Shown here: piece after piece, positions 1 through 7,512 of the stretch | How positions within the stretch are numbered: position 1 is the first letter of the stretch | Layout: every line of letters starts with the position of its first letter | IMG/VR virus record: IMGVR_UViG_3300028454_000075 | Location: 1-30,398 of that record | Reading direction: 5' to 3' (one strand) | Length of the DNA stretch: 30,398 bases | Source of the DNA: a virus | Notes under the pieces: generated by a model | What the model saw: the letters and a program-made list of their open reading frames with translations, nothing else | Told to the model about the DNA's origin: nothing | The model's database searches: none | Translations under genes and position numbers: made by a program

Positions 1-141
1 CCAGAGGTTGCAGCAGTGCTGATGAAACATAGAGACTCAGTAAGCTAGAAAGGAGGTTATTGAGGGAGACATGAAAAGAAGGACAAAGAAGCTCATTCGG
101 TATGTGGCGGCACCGATTGCAGCAGGGCTGATTGTCGGCGG
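1..141. repeat. Terminal direct repeat, left copy (identical to 30258..30398)
   Basis: Read directly: 1..141 equals 30258..30398. It carries the 3' end of the 30093..30305 gene (1..48 encodes PEVAAVLMKHRDSVS*) and the 5' end of the 71..703 gene. Confidence 0.95.
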
Positions 142-703
142 TATTACAAGTCAGCTCACAATGAACTACTTGGACCGAAAGCTTGAGCAGATGGTGGTAG
201 ATACTCCACCAAGCACGAAAGCAGGAGTGTTTGCAGCAGTATCAGCAATAGAGAAGAATGCAACAGCTCCTTATCAGGTGATAGAGGTCACTGCCCCCCC
301 AGTTGCGACGTCGCAAATCAGTGAAGATCCCGCTGGATTAGATTTCAGCGACGAAGAAAGTCAGATGCTTCTGAAGTTAGCAATGGCAGAAGCAGAAGAC
401 CAAGGGGTAATCGGTAAGGCTTTGGTCATGAGGGTAGTTAAGAACCGAGTAGATTCAGAAGCGTTCCCAAACAGCATTGAGGATGTCATTTTCGATTCTA
501 AGCAATTCAGTCCCGTCTGGGATGGTCGATATGACGAGGCGGTTCCCGATGCAGAATGCTATGAAGCTCTTGAGTGGGTTCTGAACTACTGGGATGGCTC
601 AGCAGGAGCTCTCTACTTCGAAGCGGATTGGAACGAGAACACCTGGCACAAGGACAACCTCACAGAGCTGTTCCAATATGACAACTTAATATTTTACAAA
701 TAG
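71..703 (+). CDS. Membrane-anchored SleB-like cell wall hydrolase (Hydrolase_2 family)
   Basis: RBS GAGGGAG lies upstream of the ATG. The N-terminal hydrophobic segment YVAAPIAAGLIVGGI looks like a membrane anchor. The C-terminal region GKALVMRVVKNRVDSEAFPNSIEDVIFDSKQFSPVWDGRY...ALYF resembles the SleB/CwlJ-type hydrolase domain. Confidence 0.7.
   Translation: MKRRTKKLIRYVAAPIAAGLIVGGITSQLTMNYLDRKLEQMVVDTPPSTKAGVFAAVSAIEKNATAPYQVIEVTAPPVATSQISEDPAGLDFSDEESQMLLKLAMAEAEDQGVIGKALVMRVVKNRVDSEAFPNSIEDVIFDSKQFSPVWDGRYDEAVPDAECYEALEWVLNYWDGSAGALYFEADWNENTWHKDNLTELFQYDNLIFYK
303..316. repeat. 14-bp palindrome TTGCGACGTCGCAA, copy 1
   Basis: Inside the SleB-like gene, translated V-A-T-S-Q. Flank: CCAGTTGCGACGTCGCAA. 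Confidence 0.95.
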
Positions 704-931
704 GGAGATGAAAAGAATGAAATTGGGAGAAACATCTTGCCAGTCGGCACTAATTTCAATCGATAAAAAAGAGCAAAGAAAAAGACCACTGCGGTAACAG
801 TGGCCAAGCGTTTCACGGCTTTAATAACTTAAAAACATTATACCATGGAACGCTAACAAACGCAACAAAATCAAGGTGTGAGGCACCTTTAAGTAACACT
901 ATAAACATATTAAAGTTAGGACATTTACTCC

Positions 932-1717
932 ATGGCATATATACAAGACGAATATATTTTCCCTAACTCGATTGAAGTAGAAATCAAATGGGCTGGTAAT
1001 TATGGAGCTAAAGGTGAGAGAAGAGCTCCAAGGGAGAAGGCAACACCACAGCAGATTGAAAAACAAAATCAGTGGAAGAAAGAAAACGAAGTAAGAAGGT
1101 TGCTGAAGCTTAATTTCAACCTTGGAGATTTTTGGATCACTTTAACCTATCCACAAGGAACTAGAAAAGAGATTAGGGAAGTGAAAAAAGATATCGCAAA
1201 ACTGAATAGATTTTTGAGAAGCAAATATAAAAAGCTTGATATTCCATTCAAGTGGATAAGAAGAGTGGAAATTGGTTCACTTGGAGGAATACATGTACAC
1301 ATGATAGTCAATCAGGTAAGAGGCGAGCCGATTGATATGCTCATTCAAGAAAGATGGCATCAGCTGACAGGCGGCAGAGCTCACTACGAAAGATACCAGG
1401 GCGATGAAGAGTCAGCTAGGAAAGTGGGAGATTATTTAGTAAAGCCTCTGACAGAGCAGCAAGAAAAGATACTTGAAGATAGAGGCTGGGATAAATCAGA
1501 ACTGGTTGGATATTCAACCTCTCGTAACCTGATCAGGCCAGAACCGGTCCGAAAGGAATACAAGCGACGAACGATGCAAAGAGTAATTGAAACAGGAGAG
1601 CCGCAAGCTAGAGAAGGTTACTACATCGACAAGAATAGCATTGTATTTGGCGTGAATAAGTTCACTGGCCTAAGCTACCTCTATTACACAGAAGTGAGAG
1701 GAGACACAGAGCCATGA
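932..1717 (+). CDS. HUH-superfamily rolling-circle replication initiator-like protein (Rep)
   Basis: Three ordered motifs are visible: FWITLTY (motif I, uuTLT), GIHVHMIVNQ (motif II, HUH) and VGDYLVKP (motif III, YxxK). The RBS is weak. Confidence 0.6.
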   Translation: MAYIQDEYIFPNSIEVEIKWAGNYGAKGERRAPREKATPQQIEKQNQWKKENEVRRLLKLNFNLGDFWITLTYPQGTRKEIREVKKDIAKLNRFLRSKYKKLDIPFKWIRRVEIGSLGGIHVHMIVNQVRGEPIDMLIQERWHQLTGGRAHYERYQGDEESARKVGDYLVKPLTEQQEKILEDRGWDKSELVGYSTSRNLIRPEPVRKEYKRRTMQRVIETGEPQAREGYYIDKNSIVFGVNKFTGLSYLYYTEVRGDTEP

Positions 1718-2136
1718 TGGAGGCAAATATCTACATTGCATCGAGCATCAAGAGTAACAAGCCAAAAGAGGGATATATAGGCTACGTGCTCCAAGCTGGT
1801 GACACAGATGCAACGAAAACAGACTTCAAGAAGATTGAAGCCACAAGCAATCAATCCTTAGTAATTTGTTTGAAAGAGGCTTTAGCCCCGATAAAGTCTT
1901 CGTGCAGCAGGATAATAATTCACACGGATTCAACATACGTGAATTTAATGCTTGCTAAATCGTGGAAAAATCAAGGAGAAAAGCTTCTGAAAACTGCCAA
2001 AGGAAAAGATATCCAGTTTGCAGCAGAGTGGAAAGAGATATACGAGAAGCTGCAAGGCAAGGATGTAACTGTTATATGCAACCAACCTAACAAGTTTAAG
2101 AGCTGGTTGCAGCAGGAGGTAGAGAGAAGGGGTTAA
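1714..2136 (+). CDS. RNase H-like fold protein, possibly with a degenerate active site
   Basis: The start overlaps the upstream stop (ATGA). SNQSLVICLKEAL and IIIHTDSTYV resemble the RNase HI helix and DSxY motifs. The first Asp (IYIASS) and the Glu position appear substituted. Confidence 0.4.
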   Translation: MMEANIYIASSIKSNKPKEGYIGYVLQAGDTDATKTDFKKIEATSNQSLVICLKEALAPIKSSCSRIIIHTDSTYVNLMLAKSWKNQGEKLLKTAKGKDIQFAAEWKEIYEKLQGKDVTVICNQPNKFKSWLQQEVERRG

Positions 2137-2138
2137 AC

Positions 2139-2384
2139 ATGGATTCAAAATCAAGGTATCTGAACCTAGAAGAATCTTGTAGACAGTATGTACCAGGGTT
2201 AGGCCATCACTGCAAAGAAAGCTTATATCACCCAGAAGAGAACTTCGTGAAGATTAAGCAGGGCGAAACAATCATAAGGACCATCAAGGAAGAGGACGTT
2301 GACGTCCTGTGGCACGCAGCAAGGATGGCACTTGAATCATTTGTTTTTAGTTACATGGAGCAAAAGGAGGCAAAACATGTTTGA
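2139..2384 (+). CDS. Hypothetical protein
   Basis: An 81-codon ORF tightly packed in the + strand operon. No motif recognised. Confidence 0.45.
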   Translation: MDSKSRYLNLEESCRQYVPGLGHHCKESLYHPEENFVKIKQGETIIRTIKEEDVDVLWHAARMALESFVFSYMEQKEAKHV

Positions 2385-2862
2385 ACAGTTTGGGAATTTC
2401 GACAGCGCTCAGGAGTTAAACGAGTCAGCTAATGGCTTAAGACGAGAGCAAGACTACGAATCAATCAAAAAGCTAGCCGAAGAGAACGGCATCGAAGAGG
2501 AAATCGCAGAGACATTCATTGACGGAGATGTGCTTTATATTTGCGACGTCGCAACTGCCGCAATTGGCAAGCTGGAAGTGGAAAAGAAAGCACTTGATTG
2601 TGCTGAAATCATGGAAGACTGGGTAAGCTACATCGAGACAGAATGCTTTGAAAATGAGCAGATGGCTATTCAGGTACGCAAGAGCGACAAAAGCCTTGCT
2701 GATTGCATAGCAAAGCTCCTTACATGGGGCTTCAAGCATCAGCACGAGATTAGCAAAGACATCATGAAGGCTGCGAACGTGAATGCTGGCAGAGTAACGC
2801 TTGGCATTCCTGGTATGGGAACAGCAAAGCAGATCATCAGAGAGTACTATCTCGGAAAGTAG
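2377..2862 (+). CDS. PcfK-like protein (family that includes AcrIIA9-type Cas9 inhibitors)
   Basis: The preferred start is ATG 2377 (MFEQFGNF), 7 nt after AAGGAGG, rather than track start 2299. The pattern FxxxxSAQELNExAxGLxxExDxESIKKLAEENGIEEE...AAIGKLEVE and its position just upstream of a PcfJ-like gene match the PcfK/PcfJ pairing of Gram-positive mobile elements. Confidence 0.5.
   Translation: MFEQFGNFDSAQELNESANGLRREQDYESIKKLAEENGIEEEIAETFIDGDVLYICDVATAAIGKLEVEKKALDCAEIMEDWVSYIETECFENEQMAIQVRKSDKSLADCIAKLLTWGFKHQHEISKDIMKAANVNAGRVTLGIPGMGTAKQIIREYYLGK
2541..2554. repeat. 14-bp palindrome TTGCGACGTCGCAA, copy 2
   Basis: Inside the PcfK-like gene, translated C-D-V-A. Confidence 0.95.
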
Positions 2863-2870
2863 GTGCCGAG

Positions 2871-4850
2871 ATGAAAAAGAAAGCGATTAAGGAGATACCG
2901 TTTAAGAGACCCAAGAGATTAAAGAACGGGCTCCAAGCAGAGGCTCAGTCAATCATCATTGATGGAGTATCGCATCTGTTTTTGGACCAGTGGGAAGACA
3001 AGAAACCAAGTTGGCGTTATATCCTCACCAAAAAAGAGCATGGTCGTTACTGGGTAGCAAGCGATGAATGGGACGGAGCAAAGCTCAACGGACAGTTCGC
3101 TTGGTTCTACGACTTCGGAATGGCAAAGGATGTTGACGAGATTGCAGCAGAATGGGCCAAAGAAAACGGATATTACGAAAAAGACTTCAAAGAATTGGCT
3201 AGAGAGGTTGAGACAGAGCAGCTCAGAACGGCGCAGGTCAACAATGAACTCAGACGAAGATTTAAATTGCAACAGCGTGCAGCTGATCTACAAGAGCTTC
3301 CTGAAGACTGGGAAGAATATATCAACAATGTGCTCTCGGACCATAAGCTCTATTATCACCGACATGGCAGATTCACTACTTACTGGTGTTCACATTGCGG
3401 TACAGAGTACACAGTGGCCAACAAGCAACTAGAGACTTACGAAGGACAGTTTGAGTACTACGAGCCAGCTCCTAGCGACGGAGAAGAAAGAGAGTGCCTT
3501 CACTGCAAACAGACAGCAGTATGCAAGCCAAGAGGCAGAGAGAAGAACGGCTCAAGCATAACTAAGTATATATACCTGGCACAGACAACCAAAAGCGGAG
3601 GCTTTGTTACTAGATACTTCCAAGCAACAAAGAAATTCATGCCAGGAGCAACAGAGAAAGTTGATTGGATTGAAGCTTCTAGGACATACATCAGAGATGG
3701 AAAGAGCCAAAGAGATTTTCAGAAGTATGATTGCTATCTAGGCGAAAGATTCTGGGATGATTGCAATTTGGCAGGATTGTCCAACATTAGAATGTATCAA
3801 GGCGTTATTCATCCAGCGACATGGGATGCGGTAGCTGATAGCTATCTGAAGTACGTTCCTGTGAGAGACATATTAGACCTGGATTCAAGACTGAACTTTG
3901 CAGAGTTCACGCTTATAGCTCTAAAGTGGCCTCAGCTGGAAATGCTTATGAAGTTAGGCTTTGAATGGGCGGTACAAACCATTTTGCAGAATCAATGGAC
4001 AACACGATTTGATGTCAACGCAAAAAAGCCTTGGGAGTTCTTCAGAATCAAAAAAGACAGAATGGCAGAGCTTGAATGCACGCCAGAAGCTCTTCAGGTT
4101 TTGCAATTAGAAAATAAGCTCAATGCACACTGGAACGACGACGAGCTCCAAGTAATAGGTCAATTCAACGAAGAGGACGTAAAGACAATACTCAAATACA
4201 TGTCAGCTGAGAAGATGATTAATCGAGTTTGTGAGTATTGCGGATTCACCAAAGAGAGCCTTCGAACAGTATTCGAAAGAGAGAAGCCGAGACGAAAGGC
4301 GACGCTTTATGCAGATTATCTTCACATGAAGGATGCAGCAGGCTTTGATATGACCAATTCAGTGTATTTGCACCCTAGAAACCTTGATAGAGCTCACGCA
4401 GAGCTTGTAGAGAGAAGAGAACAGATTGAAAACGAGCAGTTCCTCAAGAAGAAGGAAGAACAGTTCAAGAATATCCCTAAACGCTACAGAAGTGCTAACA
4501 GGCATTTCAAGTACGAAAGCGGAGAACTATTCATAAGACCAGCGAGAACAGCGACAGAGATAATCCTAGAAGGTCGAATTCAGCATCACTGTGTAGGCGG
4601 TGACAATTACCTGGATAAGCACAACAGAGGCAAGACTTACATCTGTTTCTTGAGATTCAAGGAAGACAAGAAGACGCCATACTACACCGTAGAGCTCGAC
4701 TGGGAATACAACGTTTTACAATTCTACGCTGCTCACGATAAACAGCCTCAGAAGGCTGAAATCGAAGCGTGGTTGAATACATACAAAGAGACTATGCTAG
4801 CCAAGTTGCAGCAGGATAGCATGGGCACACAAGAAGCAAAGGTAAGTTAG
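2871..4850 (+). CDS. PcfJ-like domain protein (large, function unknown)
   Basis: The C-terminal segment EIILEGRIQHHCVGGDNYLDKHNRGKTYICFLRFKEDKKTPYYTVEL...LQFYAAHDKQP resembles the PcfJ-like domain. Cys clusters CSHCG...CLHCK occur in the N-terminal half. Confidence 0.55.
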   Translation: MKKKAIKEIPFKRPKRLKNGLQAEAQSIIIDGVSHLFLDQWEDKKPSWRYILTKKEHGRYWVASDEWDGAKLNGQFAWFYDFGMAKDVDEIAAEWAKENGYYEKDFKELAREVETEQLRTAQVNNELRRRFKLQQRAADLQELPEDWEEYINNVLSDHKLYYHRHGRFTTYWCSHCGTEYTVANKQLETYEGQFEYYEPAPSDGEERECLHCKQTAVCKPRGREKNGSSITKYIYLAQTTKSGGFVTRYFQATKKFMPGATEKVDWIEASRTYIRDGKSQRDFQKYDCYLGERFWDDCNLAGLSNIRMYQGVIHPATWDAVADSYLKYVPVRDILDLDSRLNFAEFTLIALKWPQLEMLMKLGFEWAVQTILQNQWTTRFDVNAKKPWEFFRIKKDRMAELECTPEALQVLQLENKLNAHWNDDELQVIGQFNEEDVKTILKYMSAEKMINRVCEYCGFTKESLRTVFEREKPRRKATLYADYLHMKDAAGFDMTNSVYLHPRNLDRAHAELVERREQIENEQFLKKKEEQFKNIPKRYRSANRHFKYESGELFIRPARTATEIILEGRIQHHCVGGDNYLDKHNRGKTYICFLRFKEDKKTPYYTVELDWEYNVLQFYAAHDKQPQKAEIEAWLNTYKETMLAKLQQDSMGTQEAKVS

Positions 4851-4858
4851 GAGGAAAC

Positions 4859-6319
4859 ATGGGAGATTACTACCAAATGACAATCAGCGATTGGTTGGCA
4901 TCAAAAACAGAAGAAATTAGGCAGGAGCTAGGCAAGACAGCTCAGAGCTTTGTAGCTATCGGCTACAAGCTCAAAGAGGTCAGAGATTCGGGAAACCTAG
5001 CAGAAGGCGAAACAATTGCAGACTACGCACAAAGAGAGTTCGGATTGTCAGCCTCAACAACATCAAGATTCATTGCCATTAACGAAAAGTTTGGCGATGG
5101 ATTAGAGCTTAAGAGCGAATACTTGAAATTCGGCTCAGGTAAGCTCCAGGAGATGCTGGCACTCTCAGATGCAGATTGCGAACTCATTAATCACAATCAC
5201 ACAGTTAGCCAGATCAGAGAGGTCAAGAGATTTGAAGCTGAAAAGCACGATGATGTACCAAGCGAGCCAGTGCAGCAGCATGGAGCATTCGAGAAATGCA
5301 TCATTGACTACTTCAAGGACAAAAAGAAGCTTCTTACAGAGATTTGTGAGGCTGAATACCTCGAAACAGACGACTATAAGAGAGTGGCAGACCTCATAAG
5401 CCCAAACGGAAGCGCAACCCACAAAAAGGGCATCGTGCTTATGTTCATGTATCAGTTTGATGAAGGTATCAAATACAAGATATTCGGAGAACAGTCAGCA
5501 AGACAGATGTCATACATCGAATTTATTAACACAATCCGCGATATTTACTCTTGCGAAGAGGACGTAAATCCACACGAGGCGTTCTACGGAGTAGAAAAAG
5601 AGCCTGAGACCGTGGAAAAATCAACCAATATTCCAGTTGCGACGTCGCAAGTCGAGGAGGTAAAGAAAATTGAGAACACTGGTAATCAATTGCAACAGTC
5701 TGAGGAAGTACAAAAAGAGACTAATAAATCGCAAGAACTTGAAGCCGATTCACAAGAAGATGCGAATAGCTCTCGTGATGAAGCAAACGGACTACACGAG
5801 GATGATATCGCTTCGGATGGCTTGGGAGAAGATAGAACAAGCTATGAAGAGACTAGCGGAGAGCTTGTCAACGATTGTGGAGAAGATACAACCGGAACTG
5901 GAAAAGGCACTGGAAGCGGAGATGAACCACAAGGACCTGAGAGCGAAAGCGAAGTATTCGAGGAAAGCGAGAAGACAACTTCCACCATGGGAGAGATAAA
6001 CGAGGAGGCAGAGGATGAAACTGATAATGGTATTGCTGGAGAGGATGATTATTCAGACAAAGGTGAGACTACTATCGAAGTAAAGACATGGGCTGGGGAC
6101 ACCATAATAGTCGAAAACCACGAGGCAACACCCGTTGAAATTGAGTTAGCAGAGTGCATCAATCTGTTAGATGGCTGGAGAGCAGAGCTGTGTAAGCCAG
6201 AACTTACAAGCCAGGGCGTAAGAGAGCTTAAAGACAACATGGTTGTATTAATCTCACAAGCTTCAGTCAGACTTGCATCAGCCCTCTGGGAACAGGAAAC
6301 AAAAGAGGAGGACGAATAA
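4859..6319 (+). CDS. Hypothetical protein with an N-terminal putative HTH region and a long acidic low-complexity segment
   Basis: RBS AGGAGG. The N-terminus (AIGYKLKEVRD...ADYAQREFGLSASTTSRFIAINEKFG) looks like a DNA-binding domain of conjugative-element proteins (DUF3102-like). Roughly residues 255-400 are D/E/S/G-rich. The gene contains palindrome copy 3. Confidence 0.5.
   Translation: MGDYYQMTISDWLASKTEEIRQELGKTAQSFVAIGYKLKEVRDSGNLAEGETIADYAQREFGLSASTTSRFIAINEKFGDGLELKSEYLKFGSGKLQEMLALSDADCELINHNHTVSQIREVKRFEAEKHDDVPSEPVQQHGAFEKCIIDYFKDKKKLLTEICEAEYLETDDYKRVADLISPNGSATHKKGIVLMFMYQFDEGIKYKIFGEQSARQMSYIEFINTIRDIYSCEEDVNPHEAFYGVEKEPETVEKSTNIPVATSQVEEVKKIENTGNQLQQSEEVQKETNKSQELEADSQEDANSSRDEANGLHEDDIASDGLGEDRTSYEETSGELVNDCGEDTTGTGKGTGSGDEPQGPESESEVFEESEKTTSTMGEINEEAEDETDNGIAGEDDYSDKGETTIEVKTWAGDTIIVENHEATPVEIELAECINLLDGWRAELCKPELTSQGVRELKDNMVVLISQASVRLASALWEQETKEEDE
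5637..5650. repeat. 14-bp palindrome TTGCGACGTCGCAA, copy 3
   Basis: Inside the acidic protein gene, translated V-A-T-S-Q. Flank: CCAGTTGCGACGTCGCAA. Confidence 0.95.
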
Positions 6320-6423
6320 TGGATGAAGAATTGATTGAAGATAACGACTGTGAACATTGTGAATGCTATGTGATATGTCCAGTGGACTACGGAGAAAAAT
6401 GTATCAAGGAGGGAGAAGAATGA
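6319..6423 (+). CDS. Small Cys-rich protein (34 aa), not in the ORF track
   Basis: Sequence MDEELIEDNDCEHCECYVICPVDYGEKCIKEGEE. The ATG overlaps the upstream TAA (TAATG) and the TGA overlaps the next ATG (ATGA), which suggests translational coupling. Confidence 0.35.
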   Translation: MDEELIEDNDCEHCECYVICPVDYGEKCIKEGEE

Positions 6424-6740
6424 GAGTTTACATCAGCGGAGCAATAACTAACAACCCAGAGTATGTCGAGCAATTCGATGCAGCAGAAAAGGCAGTAGTT
6501 GCGGAAGGACACGAGGTAGTTAATCCAGCAAAGATTAATATGCCTCTTCCAGAGTCAACAACTCATGAGGAGTTCATGCATGTATCATTTGCACTTATGG
6601 ATTTATGCGACACGATATACATGCTTAAGAACTGAACCAACAGCAAGGGCGCACACATGGAGCTTGAATATGCTTTGCGTCACAGAATGCCAATATTTTT
6701 TGAAGGAGGTAGAGTAAATGGCACAAGAAATACCAAGTAG
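6420..6740 (+). pseudogene. DUF4406 / nucleoside 2-deoxyribosyltransferase-like gene interrupted by an in-frame TGA at 6633..6635
   Basis: It starts MRVYISGAITNNPEYVEQFDAAEKAVVAEGHEVVNPA...LCDTIYMLKN, then TGA. The same frame continues TNSKGAHMELEYALRHRMPIFFEGG to TAG at 6738..6740. The stop sits where the family motif GW..S.GA..E has Trp. Confidence 0.6.
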
Positions 6741-7113
6741 AGAGACGGAAAGAGAAACGGTAATTCAGACAGGTGAATGCAGATATTGCGGACAGCATTA
6801 CACATTCGAGGGCCTTATCGATATGTCTGAAGAGGAAAAGAACACAATTGCAACATCCAAGTGCGACTGTGAGGAAGCTATCGCAGAAACAAAGAGACTT
6901 GAAGGTGTGGCTTTAGCAGAGAAGAACATCGACAAGCTCTTAGGCAAGTATGCATTTGCTGAACAGCTCAAGCCCTTTGCTACAGAGCTGGCCAAAGAGC
7001 ATCTCGATAGCATCACAGTAAAGGTTGATAACGTGACAGCGACAATGAGCCTGAACAACGGCAAGATTGTTCTCAAGAAGAAGGTCACAGAAGAGAATAC
7101 CTTGGAGGCATAA
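6718..7113 (+). CDS. Hypothetical protein (Cys pairs CRYCGQ and CDCEE)
   Basis: RBS GAAGGAGG precedes a 131-codon ORF. No family recognised. Confidence 0.5.
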   Translation: MAQEIPSRETERETVIQTGECRYCGQHYTFEGLIDMSEEEKNTIATSKCDCEEAIAETKRLEGVALAEKNIDKLLGKYAFAEQLKPFATELAKEHLDSITVKVDNVTATMSLNNGKIVLKKKVTEENTLEA

Positions 7114-7512
7114 ATGAGCAAATCAATCATGCACCAGAAGGATGGAACCTGTTACCTTTGCATGATGCTCAACGGTGACTATGATGACCACAAAGTGACA
7201 GAGGAGCACCACGCGGTGTTCGGAGTACAAAACAGAACCAAAGCAGAACACTGGGGATTAAAAGTGTACCTCTGTCCATGCCATCATAGAACGGGTAAAG
7301 AGGCAGTGCATAAGAATTACAAGATTGCAAGGTTCCTACAAGAAAAAGCACAACAAGCCTTCGAAAAATTACATCCAGAGCTTAGCTGGATAGAGATATT
7401 TGGGAGAAATTACATACAAACCGAGCAAAAAGCGGAAAAAGCTCGGAGTGACGATACAAGCGGATTCATACCACTAAAGGAGGAAAGTGAAGATGAAAAA
7501 ATTATTTATTAG
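7114..7512 (+). CDS. Putative zinc-binding protein (CxxC...HH...CPCHH), function uncertain
   Basis: RBS GGAGG. The pattern GTCYLC...EEHHAVFG..NR...E.WGLKVYLCPCHHRTGKEAVH recurs in small Firmicutes phage proteins. A nuclease or NinG-like assignment is not established. Confidence 0.45.
   Translation: MSKSIMHQKDGTCYLCMMLNGDYDDHKVTEEHHAVFGVQNRTKAEHWGLKVYLCPCHHRTGKEAVHKNYKIARFLQEKAQQAFEKLHPELSWIEIFGRNYIQTEQKAEKARSDDTSGFIPLKEESEDEKIIY

Noticed and set aside
708-797. A 29-codon ORF (MKRMKLGETSCQSALISIDKKEQRKRPLR) downstream of the SleB-like gene.
   Set aside because: It is very short and has no conservation evidence. The region is better explained as a non-coding origin or regulatory spacer upstream of rep.
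1903-1919. An exact 17-mer TGCAGCAGGATAATAAT shared between 1903..1919 (inside the RNase H-like gene) and 9365..9381 (the intergenic region upstream of the late activator).
   Set aside because: There are only two copies. One is coding and has no surrounding similarity. The chance expectation is low (a few percent) but not negligible for an A/T-rich word. I cannot support a function without comparative data, though it is worth a glance as a possible regulator site.
2295-2308. GGACGT-TG-ACGTCC inverted repeat, as a possible degenerate seventh copy of the 14-bp palindrome.
   Set aside because: It shares only the ACGTC core. The arms and spacing differ, and short palindromes of this size are expected by chance.
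2299-2376. N-terminal extensions proposed by the ORF track (2299, 6363, 7487, 7886, 9399, 9851, 10445, 18851 and 29675 on the minus strand).
   Set aside because: In each case an internal ATG sits 5-9 nt after a strong AGGAGG-like RBS. The extension would overlap the upstream gene, a hairpin or terminator, or non-coding repeats.
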